A program made the position numbers and the translations under genes. From NCBI GenBank assembly GCA_018920305.1, contig JAHLMO010000001.1:11473-75472 (forward strand): a DNA stretch of 64,000 bases, read 5' to 3'. How positions within the stretch are numbered: position 1 is the first letter of the stretch; each line of letters opens with the position of its first letter. Shown piece after piece: positions 48,903 through 58,986 of this stretch. The stretch is from Candidatus Aenigmatarchaeota archaeon (GTDB lineage: Archaea; Aenigmatarchaeota; Aenigmatarchaeia; CG10238-14; SpSt-28). The notes below the pieces were generated by a model. The model had not been told where the DNA came from. It saw only the letters and a list, made by a program, of their open reading frames with translations, and searched no databases.

Positions 48903-51900
48903 ATGAGAAGAAAAGAAATTTTTTTAACTTTTTTATTTTTTACGATATTTATATATAGTTTATCGTTGTCTTTTTCTCAATCCTGGCTTTCTGATTGGCA
49001 ATATAGAATTCCAATAACAATAACAGAAAGAAGTGGAAATACTTTAACAGATTACCAAGTTTTAGTAGTAATTAATACACAAAATTTAATTTCTCAAGGA
49101 AAAATGAGAAGTGATTGTGGAGATATTAGATTTACCGATAGTGATGGAAGAACTTTACTAAATTATTGGATTGAAAGTGGATGTAATACGAATAATACAA
49201 GAATTTGGGTTAAAGTTCCAAATATTCCCGCTAGATCAAATAAAACAATTTATTTGTACTATGGAAATCCAAATGCTACAAGTTTAAGTAATATTTCTTC
49301 AGTATTTATTTGGACACAAAGAGAAATATTTCCAAACATTCCTAATTCAACATGGGGATCTGGATCATCTAATCCAGAAGATACATTCAACACGTACTAT
49401 CATGATGCAAGAAATGAAATATTAATTAGAGCTTCTGATTTTGGAAGAGATATAGCTCCAGTAAACATAACTGCATTAAGAATTTATGTAGTTCAACAGC
49501 CAGGAAGAGATTTAGATAATTATAGAGTAAGATATCAATTAACTACTAGAAATCAACTTACAAACAACTTTACAACTACTGGATGGATTTTAGTTTTTGG
49601 ACCTACTAATTTAGGAAGACCATCAGCAGGATCTGTAGTTACTTTAAATTTAAATCCACAAATAATTTGGACGAATCATTCTTTAAATTTATTGTTAGAT
49701 TTATCCAGAGATACAAATTCATATGTTGCTGGAGGGGGAATGTATAGAAAACTTGTAAATATTCCTAATACAATGTGTACTTTTTGGAGTGATTCTGGCA
49801 GAGTTTGGCCTTTTGATGGTACTTGTAATTTAAGAAACTATGTGCCAAGCATAATATTTGTCGGATGGTTTAGAAAATATATTTCTCCAGAACCAACAAT
49901 TTCTTTAGGAAATGAAGAATATCAAAGAAATCTAAATCCAATATGGATAAGATATGCATCTAATACTTCTTACGCTATAATTAATCAGCCTATACTATTC
50001 TCAAGTCTGTGGAATGCATCCCAAATTCAATCTAATTTATCTTTATCGCACTATATTTTTTCATATAAAATAGGAGATTCGCAATGGATCAATGAAACCT
50101 ACAGATTTAGTTCTGCTCCTCAAAATTGGCTTTCTGATTGGCAATATAGAATTCCAATAACAATAACAGAAAGAAGTGGAAATACTTTAACAGATTACCA
50201 AGTTTTAGTAGTAATTAATACACGAAACCTAATTTCTCAAGGCAAAATGAGAAATGATTGTGGAGATATAAGATTTACCGATAGTGATGGAAGAACTTTA
50301 TTAAATTATTGGATTGAAAGAGGATGTAATTCTGCTAATACAAGAATTTGGGTTAAAGTACCGAATATTCCTGCTAATTCAAATAAAACAATTTATTTGT
50401 ATTATGGAAATCCCAGTGCTACAAGTTTGAGCAATATTTCTAGAGTATTTGTTTGGGCCGAAAGAGAAATATTTCCAAACATTCCTAATTCAACATGGGG
50501 ATCTGGATCATCTAATCCAGAAGATACATTCAACACGTACTATCATGATGCAAGAAATGAAATATTAATTAGAGCTTCTGATTTCGGAAGAGATATAGCT
50601 CCAGTAAACATAACTGCATTAAGAATTTATGTAGTTCAACAGCCAGGAAGAGATTTAGATAATTATAGAGTAAGATATCAATTAACTACTAGAAATCAAC
50701 TTACAAACAACTTTACAACTTCCGGCTGGATTTTAGTTTTTGGACCTACTAATTTAGGAAGACCATCAGCAGGATCTGTAGTTACTTTAAATTTAAATCC
50801 ACAAATAATTTGGACAAATCATTCTTTAAATTTATTGTTAGATTTATCTAGAGATACATTTTCATGGGTTTCTGGAGGGGGAATGTATAGAAAACTTGTA
50901 AATATTCCTAATACAATGTGTACTTTTTGGAGTGATTCTGGCAGAGTTTGGCCTTTTGATGGTACTTGTAATTTAAGAAACTATGTGCCAAGCATAATAT
51001 TTGTCGGATGGTTTAGAAAATATATTTCTCCAGAACCAACAATTTCTTTAGGAAATGAAGAAACAAATTTACCTTTTACGGCATGGGCAAATGTTACAAA
51101 AAGCTTTTCTCAAGCTGGAAATTTATGTTGGAGATTTTATGTAAATAATTCTCTTGGTCTGTGGAACTCAACGCCGATAGATTGTAGTATTAATATAATT
51201 CCTCCCGAATTTTCACTAGAAGTTAAATTAGTCCAACCAAATGAAAATTCTATAAATAATCTAACTGTTGGAGAATCTTTAAATATAAGAGCTCATGTAA
51301 AATTGAAATCTCAATACAATTTCTGTATAGATGTAAATGCATATTTAAGATATAATGCTTCATCAAGCATGCCAGATTCTTTCGTTCCAACTTCCGCTAA
51401 TTCAATAATGTCAAATGTTAATCCTATATCTTTTAATTTATGTACAAATCAAGAAATTCCAATAAATTTTACAATATATGCAAATAAACCAAGTTTTAAA
51501 GTTTTAGATGTAAATTTTTGTGCTCTAAATATCTGCAACGATACATCAGACTTTTATGTTAATATCTCTATAGTTGCAACGAGAGACTTTAAATTAAGGA
51601 AAGGTTGGAACTTAATTTCGATACCACATAAGTTTATATATTTTGATTTAAGTAATGATGATTGTAATATAAGGGAAAAAATATTTCATCATTATAATGC
51701 ATCCTCAAATTCTTGGACATATTTTACTTATGATAAATTACTTCCAGGTATTTCATATTGGGTTTATAGCGAAAAGGATTGTACCTCTAAAATTGCAGTA
51801 AGTGGAACAGTTAATTTAAGCGATTTGCCAAAAGCTATAAAAGGAAGAAAAAATTTTATTGGTTCTTTAACTTCTTTAACAAACTTAAATCAAGTTGCAC

Positions 51901-52013
51901 AATATATTGGATGTAATAATCCTATACTTAGATATTGGGATACTTCTACTAACTCTTTTAGACAATCTACAATTTTAGAACCTTGGAAAGGTTATATACT
52001 CGAATGTAGTTAA
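48903..52013 (+). CDS. Large secreted/surface protein with two DUF2341-containing repeats
   Basis: Signal peptide; WQYRIPITI..., DCGDIRF, LNYWIE, IWVKVP, IYLYYGNP twice; C-terminal LRKGWNLISIP and PWKGY motifs; start moved to ATG at 48903. Confidence 0.85.
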   Translation: MRRKEIFLTFLFFTIFIYSLSLSFSQSWLSDWQYRIPITITERSGNTLTDYQVLVVINTQNLISQGKMRSDCGDIRFTDSDGRTLLNYWIESGCNTNNTRIWVKVPNIPARSNKTIYLYYGNPNATSLSNISSVFIWTQREIFPNIPNSTWGSGSSNPEDTFNTYYHDARNEILIRASDFGRDIAPVNITALRIYVVQQPGRDLDNYRVRYQLTTRNQLTNNFTTTGWILVFGPTNLGRPSAGSVVTLNLNPQIIWTNHSLNLLLDLSRDTNSYVAGGGMYRKLVNIPNTMCTFWSDSGRVWPFDGTCNLRNYVPSIIFVGWFRKYISPEPTISLGNEEYQRNLNPIWIRYASNTSYAIINQPILFSSLWNASQIQSNLSLSHYIFSYKIGDSQWINETYRFSSAPQNWLSDWQYRIPITITERSGNTLTDYQVLVVINTRNLISQGKMRNDCGDIRFTDSDGRTLLNYWIERGCNSANTRIWVKVPNIPANSNKTIYLYYGNPSATSLSNISRVFVWAEREIFPNIPNSTWGSGSSNPEDTFNTYYHDARNEILIRASDFGRDIAPVNITALRIYVVQQPGRDLDNYRVRYQLTTRNQLTNNFTTSGWILVFGPTNLGRPSAGSVVTLNLNPQIIWTNHSLNLLLDLSRDTFSWVSGGGMYRKLVNIPNTMCTFWSDSGRVWPFDGTCNLRNYVPSIIFVGWFRKYISPEPTISLGNEETNLPFTAWANVTKSFSQAGNLCWRFYVNNSLGLWNSTPIDCSINIIPPEFSLEVKLVQPNENSINNLTVGESLNIRAHVKLKSQYNFCIDVNAYLRYNASSSMPDSFVPTSANSIMSNVNPISFNLCTNQEIPINFTIYANKPSFKVLDVNFCALNICNDTSDFYVNISIVATRDFKLRKGWNLISIPHKFIYFDLSNDDCNIREKIFHHYNASSNSWTYFTYDKLLPGISYWVYSEKDCTSKIAVSGTVNLSDLPKAIKGRKNFIGSLTSLTNLNQVAQYIGCNNPILRYWDTSTNSFRQSTILEPWKGYILECS
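48984..51062 (+). repeat. 936-bp near-identical direct repeat (48984-49919 and 50127-51062; offset 1143 bp)
   Basis: Both copies begin TGGCTTTCTGATTGGCAATATAG and end GGAAATGAAGAA; long identical stretches. Confidence 0.92.
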
Positions 52014-52015
52014 AA

Positions 52016-52426
52016 TTAGCTAGGTTTCCAGCTAAATACAATTATTTCTTTGTAAAAAACCTTACCATCACTAAATATTAATTCAACTTCGCTTGTAGTT
52101 GGTAACTCTGTTGGTTGAAAAGGATATTGACAAGGAGAAACTCTAACATTTAAAGAAACATAATATCCAAAATCTTCTAATTTTTCTAACATTTTTGTAA
52201 ATTCTTCAATATTATATTTGAATTCATCGCAGTCTTTAGATAAATTAACGATTTCTAAAAATTTTTCTTTTATATTTTTAATTAATAATGCATATTCTGG
52301 TAAATAATATGAAGGATTTATAAAAAAAACACTGCTAATATTAAAATACAAAGTTATTAAAATACCTACAATTAGTATTGCTGCTAATGTCATAAATTGA
52401 GCTTTATAATATTTGTAAAATGGCAT
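52016..52426 (-). CDS. Pilin-like protein with class III-type signal peptide
   Basis: YKA/QFMTLAAILIVGILI: basic residue, A/Q site, hydrophobic helix. Confidence 0.45.
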   Translation of the reverse strand: MPFYKYYKAQFMTLAAILIVGILITLYFNISSVFFINPSYYLPEYALLIKNIKEKFLEIVNLSKDCDEFKYNIEEFTKMLEKLEDFGYYVSLNVRVSPCQYPFQPTELPTTSEVELIFSDGKVFYKEIIVFSWKPS

Positions 52427-52703
52427 GTTTCTGATTATCTATAATTAAAATATTTTTTTCATTAATTAATCCAATTTTTATTAGCAAATCTACTGAATTT
52501 TTTCCAAAAGCGTTTATTATATCAAATCTCTCTTTTTTAATTAAATTTATTAATTCGTTTTCGTTAACTAACTTCTCAAAATAAAAATTTTTCGAAACCT
52601 TTATCTTTAAATCATTAAAAAAATATTCTTTTTCTAAAACTTCCTCATCGCAAATAGCTAAAATTTTAAAACCAAATTTTTCGTGTATTTTTATACAAAA
52701 CAT
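52404..52703 (-). CDS. DUF424 family protein
   Basis: ILAICDEEVL, KVSKNFY, INAFGKNSV. Confidence 0.8.
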   Translation of the reverse strand: MFCIKIHEKFGFKILAICDEEVLEKEYFFNDLKIKVSKNFYFEKLVNENELINLIKKERFDIINAFGKNSVDLLIKIGLINEKNILIIDNQKHAILQIL

Positions 52704-53108
52704 CTAATATCTTAGAATCTTTTTATTACCACATGCTTCACACTTTAAATATCTTATTTTATTTTCCTCTATTATAATTGTTTCTGGTTTATTGCATACA
52801 TCACAAATAACAAAATTCTTTATATACTCTTCTAACTTTTTTCTTAAAATTTCTTTATTAACTAATCCATTTAAAACTAATATATCATTTTCAAATCTTG
52901 CAGGAATTCCAACTATTCTAGAGAAGTCTCCCTTAAAATCTTCTTCTTTTCTTTTTATTTTAAAGAGTATTTCCTTAATATTTAAAACATAAGTTTTGTT
53001 TTTTTCGTATTTAACTTCAATTTCTGGAATTGCATATCTATCGCTAGAAATAAAAACATCGGGAAGTTTCTTCAGAGCTTCTTCTAACATTTCTTCATAA
53101 CTCTTCAT
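52704..53108 (-). CDS. eif2b: Translation initiation factor aIF-2 beta
   Basis: YEEMLEEA, FVICDVCNKPET, LKCEACG. Confidence 0.9.
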   Translation of the reverse strand: MKSYEEMLEEALKKLPDVFISSDRYAIPEIEVKYEKNKTYVLNIKEILFKIKRKEEDFKGDFSRIVGIPARFENDILVLNGLVNKEILRKKLEEYIKNFVICDVCNKPETIIIEENKIRYLKCEACGNKKILRY

Positions 53109-53812
53109 TTTATAGCTTTATACTTTCCTGGAGCAATTTCATATATTTTTCCTTGATTCATTAGACTATCTATAGCCTTAATAACTTTTTCTTTATCTAA
53201 GTTAATAAATGATAAAATTTCTGAAATAGAAATCCCATCTTGAAATTTTTCTATTATTTCATAAATTTTTTCATCAACTTTTTCAATCATTTTTAGTTTA
53301 AGTACTTCATTTATTTGAATTTCGTCTAATTCAAATCTTCTTTTTGCTTCTTGAATTAATTCATTATAACTTAAAATTTCCGATAATTTTAGAATTTCAT
53401 TAACTTTTAATGAATTTTGTTTTATTCTTTTTATTATCTTAAGTTTAAAAAAACTTTCAAAAGAAAAATCAACTTTCTTAATAAACTCTGCTCTTAAATA
53501 TCTATAAGTTGTTTCTCTAATTTTTCCAAAGACAAAAATTATGTCGCCAATATCAACTTTAAAACTTTCGTTAACTAATTTTCCAAAACATTTTATGATA
53601 ATGTCATCTGTATCATCGCATACATTTAATCTTGCATACGTCATTTCGTTATTTACGTATTTATCAACTAAAGTTCCAACAATTCCTGCTCTAATAACCT
53701 TTTCCCCTAATTTAGTAACTATAAATGATGGTAATTTTTCCTCTTTGTTTCCCTCAAAATATGAAGAATTTTTTATTTCTATTATCCTTAGTGGTACTAT
53801 AGGATATCTCAT
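53105..53812 (-). CDS. RPA32-like OB-fold protein with C-terminal winged helix
   Basis: VIRAGIVGTLVDK, CDDT, GDIIFVFGKIRE, C-terminal GKIYEIAPGKYK. Confidence 0.7.
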   Translation of the reverse strand: MRYPIVPLRIIEIKNSSYFEGNKEEKLPSFIVTKLGEKVIRAGIVGTLVDKYVNNEMTYARLNVCDDTDDIIIKCFGKLVNESFKVDIGDIIFVFGKIRETTYRYLRAEFIKKVDFSFESFFKLKIIKRIKQNSLKVNEILKLSEILSYNELIQEAKRRFELDEIQINEVLKLKMIEKVDEKIYEIIEKFQDGISISEILSFINLDKEKVIKAIDSLMNQGKIYEIAPGKYKAIK

Positions 53813-53855
53813 AAATTTGAAAGAAAATAAAAAATAAATATGTGCAAATATATGG

Positions 53856-53928
53856 GGGGAGGTAGTTTAGCTTGGGAGAATGCAGGCCTTGGGAGCCTGT
53901 GACCTGGGTTCAAATCCCGGCCTCCCCA
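53856..53928 (+). tRNA. tRNA-Pro(TGG)
   Basis: Acceptor GGGGAGG/CCTCCCC-A, anticodon stem CAGGC/GCCTG with CT-TGG-GA, GTTCAAATC. Confidence 0.9.
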
Positions 53929-53954
53929 ATATTTTTGTTTAGAAGATATTATTT

Positions 53955-55283
53955 ATGAAAGAACTATTGGCAAATTTGGGTTTTTTATTGCAACTATCTG
54001 GATTTTTCATTTTTATTGTCGCAATAATTTCGATTTATCTAGATGAAATAAGAGAAGCTATATCTTTTTTTCTTACGGCATCTTTGTTCTTTATACTTGG
54101 GTTTCCTTTAAATGCTTTATCTGAAAGAAAAGAGATTAATTTTAGAGAGGGTTTGATTTTATTTTTTCTAACTTTTTTATTTTTAGGATTAATTGGTTCT
54201 ATACCTTATATATATTTAGATTTGTTTGAAAAAGAAGATTTAGCTTCAAAAATAATAAACTCAATTTTTGAAAGTGTTTCTGGATTTACAACTACTGGAA
54301 TTTCTCTTTTGGATAGCTCTAGTTTATCAACCTCTATGAAAATTTATAGAGCTTTTACTCAATTTATTGGTGGTATAGGAATAGTTTATTTATTATTAAC
54401 TTTTCTATATTCTTCGAATTATAAAGTTTCTAGAGTTTTTAATAAATTGTTGGGTTTTGATATTAAATCAGAAATAAAAAAGAATGTGCTCGAAATTTTA
54501 GTAGTTTTTAGTTTGATTACTATATCTTTATCTCTTCTAATGTATTATTTTAACGAAGACATAATAAAATCTTTTTGTTTAGTAATGAGTGGTATTTCAA
54601 CAGGTGGATTTTCTCATTATGATTTAAAAAGTTTAATAATAGAAGAAAAGATAATATTGATAGTTTCGATGATATTTGGCTCAATTTCTTTACTTATTTT
54701 ATCTAAATTCAAAAAAGAAATTATTCCATATATCGTATTTATTTTGATTTTGTTCTTAATCCTAAGTTTTAATGATATAGATGTTATAGACTCTCTATTT
54801 CACTCTGTATCTTTAATTTCTACAACAGGATATTCTTATATTGATTATAATACTTTTTCTCCTACTATACTTTTTATTTTTTCTATTTTAATGTTAATTG
54901 GAGGAATGGCAATTTCTACCTCTGGAGGAATAAAAATAATAAGAATTATAAATAGTATAAAATATATAGCAAAATTTATAAAAGGTTTTATAAAAGAAGA
55001 AAAAATAGAAGTTAAAGATGAGAAAGTTATTTCGTTATCATACCTATTTTGTTATCTTTTTATTTGGATAATAGTCAGTATAATTTTTTCTTTTTATACG
55101 AATAGCTTGGAAAAATCTTTATTCGATGCTGCATCAATTCTTTCAACAGGGGGATTTTCAAGCGGATTAATAAATTCAGACTTAGCTTTGGAACTTAAAA
55201 TTTTAATAATTTTTTTAATGATATTAGGAAGAATCGAGATAATACCTATATTCGCTATCTTTATATTTAGTAAAAATAAGTAA
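53955..55283 (+). CDS. trkH: TrkH potassium uptake protein
   Basis: FESVSGFTTTG, STGGFS, STTGYS, STSGGIK, GRIE. Confidence 0.92.
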   Translation: MKELLANLGFLLQLSGFFIFIVAIISIYLDEIREAISFFLTASLFFILGFPLNALSERKEINFREGLILFFLTFLFLGLIGSIPYIYLDLFEKEDLASKIINSIFESVSGFTTTGISLLDSSSLSTSMKIYRAFTQFIGGIGIVYLLLTFLYSSNYKVSRVFNKLLGFDIKSEIKKNVLEILVVFSLITISLSLLMYYFNEDIIKSFCLVMSGISTGGFSHYDLKSLIIEEKIILIVSMIFGSISLLILSKFKKEIIPYIVFILILFLILSFNDIDVIDSLFHSVSLISTTGYSYIDYNTFSPTILFIFSILMLIGGMAISTSGGIKIIRIINSIKYIAKFIKGFIKEEKIEVKDEKVISLSYLFCYLFIWIIVSIIFSFYTNSLEKSLFDAASILSTGGFSSGLINSDLALELKILIIFLMILGRIEIIPIFAIFIFSKNK

Positions 55284-55295
55284 TTTAAATTTTTT

Positions 55296-56732
55296 ATGAG
55301 TAAAGAGTTAGGAATTAAAGCGAAAAAAGAAAATTTAAGCGAATGGTATGAAGAAGTTGTTTTGAAAACTCAGTTAGCAGATTATTCCCCAGTTAAAGGT
55401 TGTATAATTTACTTACCCTATAGTTATGCAATTTGGAACTTAATTAAAGAGGAATTTACAAAAATTATAAAAGACGAAGTAAGCGAAGTTTATTTTCCGT
55501 TATTTATTCCAAAAAAAATTTTGGAAAAAGAAGCTAAACATTTCGAAGGATTTAGTCCAGAGGTTGCATGGGTTACTAGAGGTGGAGATAGCGATTTAGA
55601 TGAATGGCTAGCAGTTAGACCAACAAGTGAAACAATAATATATTCTTATATTTCCAAATTGATTAAAAGCTATAGAGATTTGCCACTAAGAATTATTCAA
55701 TGGTGTAATGTTGTAAGATGGGAAACAAAAGCAACTAAACCATTTTTAAGAGGGAGAGAATTTCTATGGCATGAGGGACATACTTTTCACGCAACTTTTG
55801 AAGAAGCTGAAGAGGAAATGAAAAAAAGAATTTATCAATATAAAGATTTTGTTGAAAGATATTTGGCAATACCCGTAATAGCTGGATATAAAAGCGAATA
55901 TGAAAAATTTGCTGGTGCACATACAACAACAACTATAGAAACTTTATTGCCAGATTTCAAAGCATTACAATGCGGTACATCACATAATTTAGCTGATAAT
56001 TTTTCAAAAGTGTTTGAAATATATTTTCAAGATAAAGATGGAAAAAATAAATTAGTATTTCAAACCTCTTGGGGATTTTCAACTAGATTAATAGGTGCGT
56101 TAGTAATGATTCACGGAGATGATAAAGGTTTAATTTTGCCACCAAAAATTGCTCCTTATCAAATTGTAATTGTGCCCATTTACTATAACGAAGAAGAAAA
56201 GAATTTAATATTTCAAAAAGTTAAAGAAATTGAAAATAAGTTAAAACAAAAATATAGGGTTATTTCCGACCTAAGAGAAGAATATACACCTGGATATAAA
56301 TTTAATGAATGGGAGATGAAAGGAGTTCCAATAAGAATAGAAATAGGAATGAATGAACTTAAAAATAAAACTTTAGTTATTCATAGAAGAGATGAAATGA
56401 AAAAAGAAATAATTAAAGAAGAAGAATTAGAAAGTAAGATTAATACTCTTATCGAAGAAATTCAATCAAACTTATTTAATAAAGCTAAAAAGTTTTTAGA
56501 CGAACATATATATGTTGCAAACAATTTCGAAGAATTTAAAGAAAAAATTGATAAAGGTTTTGTAATAGCTAATCATTGCGGTGATCAAGATTGCGAAGAA
56601 AAAATTAAAGAATTAACGAAAGCAACATGTAGAGTAATAGAATTTGATAATAATAAACCTTTTGGAGATGAAAAATGTGTACTTTGTGGAAAAAAAGCTA
56701 AATATAAAGCCTATTTTGCGAGAGCATACTAA
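55296..56732 (+). CDS. proS: Prolyl-tRNA synthetase (archaeal/eukaryotic type)
   Basis: VRPTSET, VRWE..PFLRGREFLWHEGH, QTSWGFSTR, C-terminal FARAY. Confidence 0.97.
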   Translation: MSKELGIKAKKENLSEWYEEVVLKTQLADYSPVKGCIIYLPYSYAIWNLIKEEFTKIIKDEVSEVYFPLFIPKKILEKEAKHFEGFSPEVAWVTRGGDSDLDEWLAVRPTSETIIYSYISKLIKSYRDLPLRIIQWCNVVRWETKATKPFLRGREFLWHEGHTFHATFEEAEEEMKKRIYQYKDFVERYLAIPVIAGYKSEYEKFAGAHTTTTIETLLPDFKALQCGTSHNLADNFSKVFEIYFQDKDGKNKLVFQTSWGFSTRLIGALVMIHGDDKGLILPPKIAPYQIVIVPIYYNEEEKNLIFQKVKEIENKLKQKYRVISDLREEYTPGYKFNEWEMKGVPIRIEIGMNELKNKTLVIHRRDEMKKEIIKEEELESKINTLIEEIQSNLFNKAKKFLDEHIYVANNFEEFKEKIDKGFVIANHCGDQDCEEKIKELTKATCRVIEFDNNKPFGDEKCVLCGKKAKYKAYFARAY

Positions 56733-56747
56733 AAATAAAAAATAAAA

Positions 56748-57515
56748 TTAAATTAGCCAAGAAAACCAGCTTCTTACTCTTTTTAGATACGTTGTAAATG
56801 GTACTTTATAATCTTCTCCAGCTAAATAAGCAGCTAATTTCATAAATTCTATTGCTGCTTTGCTGTAATCATTAATTTCTAAATATGTTTTACCCAAAGC
56901 TAATGCTTTTTCAAAATCTGCATCAAAAGGTATTGCAGCAATTACTGGCAAATTAGTTAATTCTTCTATTTCTCCAATAGTCAATTCATGTACTCTTCCT
57001 GTAACTTTATTGACTACAACACCAAGTGGTCTTAATCCTAATTTTTCTGCTACTTCATTTATTTTAATTACATCTGTCACTGCAGCTATGTTTGGATTGG
57101 TAACATATAATATTTCTTTCGAAGCTTTCATAGCACTTACAGCTTCTCTTCCGATTCCAGGTGCACTATCTATTAATACAAAATCGCTATAAGGAATTTC
57201 TTTTATTACTTTTTCTAACTTTGCGATATCTACATTTTGTAATTCGTTCACATCTAAAGAGCTTGGAATTATCTTTAAACCACTATCGTGAAAATATATT
57301 GCATCTATTACTGTTTTTGTTTCTTCTCTCAATACATGATTTAAAGTTGTTGGATTATAAAACATTCCAAAATTCATTGCTAAATGTGGAGTAGTTATAT
57401 TAGCATCTATTATAGTAACGCTTTTTCCTAACTTAGTCAAAGCTAAACCAAGATTTGATGTTACTGTTGTTTTACCTACACCGCCTTTTCCACTAGCTAC
57501 TGTTATTATTCTCAT
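56748..57515 (-). CDS. minD: MinD/ParA-family ATPase (archaeal MinD-like)
   Basis: SGKGGVGKTT, IDAN, IDSAPG, GVVVN; amphipathic C-terminus. Confidence 0.9.
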   Translation of the reverse strand: MRIITVASGKGGVGKTTVTSNLGLALTKLGKSVTIIDANITTPHLAMNFGMFYNPTTLNHVLREETKTVIDAIYFHDSGLKIIPSSLDVNELQNVDIAKLEKVIKEIPYSDFVLIDSAPGIGREAVSAMKASKEILYVTNPNIAAVTDVIKINEVAEKLGLRPLGVVVNKVTGRVHELTIGEIEELTNLPVIAAIPFDADFEKALALGKTYLEINDYSKAAIEFMKLAAYLAGEDYKVPFTTYLKRVRSWFSWLI

Positions 57516-57544
57516 AAATATTTATTATATTCTAATTATTTATA

Positions 57545-58360
57545 TTAATCTTTATTAGCCCTTCTAGATAATTTAGACAGCTCTTCTTCTATTATTTTTC
57601 TAGAATTTTCTATAAGATTTTCAGAAATATCATATACATAATTTTTTTTAATTAATTTACAAATTTTTTCGCTAATTTTTTCATCTATAACTAGCTTAGG
57701 AAAGTTTTTAAAATCTTTAACAGTTAAAATTGGTTTATTTAATAAAGCCGCATAAAGCAATTCTCTATAAAACTTATTTTTAGAAAAGTCAATAACAATA
57801 TCAACATATTTTAATAACTTTATTAATTCTTTTTTTTCCAATTTTCTTTTTAAGAAATAAATTCCTTTGGAATTTGATGTATTTAAATCTAAAATTCCAT
57901 AAATATAAATTTCAAATTCTTTCGATAAAAGTGTTATTACTCCAACAACCTCTAAAGAAATTTTGTCACATAAAATCAATACAACTTTTCTATTTTTATT
58001 TTCAAAAATTTTTTCTATTTTAACTCTAGGAATATTATTGTTGATGACATATGGAAAGTAGATAACATTATCAAAGAAGCTTCTTTCAATCCTATAAACA
58101 TACATCTTCTCTCTATCGATTAAACTTAGTTCATCAATTTTGTTTATAACTTTTTCTAAATCTAATTTTAAATCAGAAAGATTTAAAATAAAATCTAATT
58201 CTTTATAATACTTTTCTAATTCACTGAACGGCAATAAAAAAATATTGTAATATCTTCTTCTCTCTTCTGAATCAAAAAGAAAATAGTAAAATTCGAAATT
58301 TAAAAATTTTAAAGCTTCAATTAAATCTATATCGTATTCATCTATTATTCCTATCTTCAT
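57545..58360 (-). CDS. Degenerate GT-B (GT4-like) protein, probably catalytically inactive
   Basis: MKIGII start; ELIKLLKYVDIVI...YAALLNKPILT where EX7E/EAMA..KP is expected. Confidence 0.5.
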   Translation of the reverse strand: MKIGIIDEYDIDLIEALKFLNFEFYYFLFDSEERRRYYNIFLLPFSELEKYYKELDFILNLSDLKLDLEKVINKIDELSLIDREKMYVYRIERSFFDNVIYFPYVINNNIPRVKIEKIFENKNRKVVLILCDKISLEVVGVITLLSKEFEIYIYGILDLNTSNSKGIYFLKRKLEKKELIKLLKYVDIVIDFSKNKFYRELLYAALLNKPILTVKDFKNFPKLVIDEKISEKICKLIKKNYVYDISENLIENSRKIIEEELSKLSRRANKD

Positions 58361-58369
58361 AAATTAAAA

Positions 58370-58639
58370 TCATTCCCAAGAAATAAAACCTAACTCTGTA
58401 AGTTCCTTAAAAATTTCATCCAAAACTTTTTTAATCATTTCCTTATCCATTTGAGTTTTTTCGGATAGAAGTTCTAATATTTCTTCATACTTTTTTTTAC
58501 CATCACAATATTTTAATAGACCGACAGCAATAGGATCTATTTGATATAACTTTTCTTTATCAATAGTAACATAGTAAGTATTTAAATAATTAATTATAGT
58601 AAGATTTTCATTTTTTTTAGGCCTTTTTCCTTCAAACAT
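58370..58639 (-). CDS. Stand-alone PqqD/RiPP-recognition-element-like protein
   Basis: Beta strands then LYQIDPIAVGLLKYCDGKKKYEEILELL...LTELGFI, a typical PqqD winged-helix layout. Confidence 0.75.
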   Translation of the reverse strand: MFEGKRPKKNENLTIINYLNTYYVTIDKEKLYQIDPIAVGLLKYCDGKKKYEEILELLSEKTQMDKEMIKKVLDEIFKELTELGFISWE

Positions 58640-58640
58640 T

Positions 58641-58922
58641 TCACTTTCCTAATCTTTTTCTTAACTCTTCTAATATCTCTTCATCTGTAACTTTTTGTGC
58701 AAATTTCTGCTTTAAATAACATAATTTTGCCTTCCCTACTTTTCTTTGATATATTATTTCTGCTCCTAATAATTCGTGTAAATATTTTGCTACAGTTATT
58801 CTGCTATATCCTAGCTTATCTGAAATTTGCTGTATTGTTAAACCTTCTGGATGTTTTCTTAACAAATCTATTATTAATTTTCTAGCATCTTCTTTTTTCT
58901 TTTTTTCCTCTTTTTCTTCCAT
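58641..58922 (-). CDS. Winged helix-turn-helix DNA-binding protein
   Basis: HPEGLTIQQISDKLGYSRITVAKYLHELLGAEIIYQRKVGKAKL. Confidence 0.85.
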   Translation of the reverse strand: MEEKEEKKKKEDARKLIIDLLRKHPEGLTIQQISDKLGYSRITVAKYLHELLGAEIIYQRKVGKAKLCYLKQKFAQKVTDEEILEELRKRLGK

Positions 58923-58986
58923 AATATTAAGATAATAAAAAATATTTATATTTATTGTTTAACTTATTTGTTAACTAATTATTTTA

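Noticed and set aside
48984-51062. Diversity-generating retroelement TR/VR pair
   Set aside because: Differences include non-adenine positions, both copies are in-frame parts of one gene, and no reverse transcriptase is in the window
3480-53928. tRNA-anchored integrated elements
   Set aside because: No integrase, no duplicated tRNA 3' ends and no phage or plasmid genes seen near the three tRNAs
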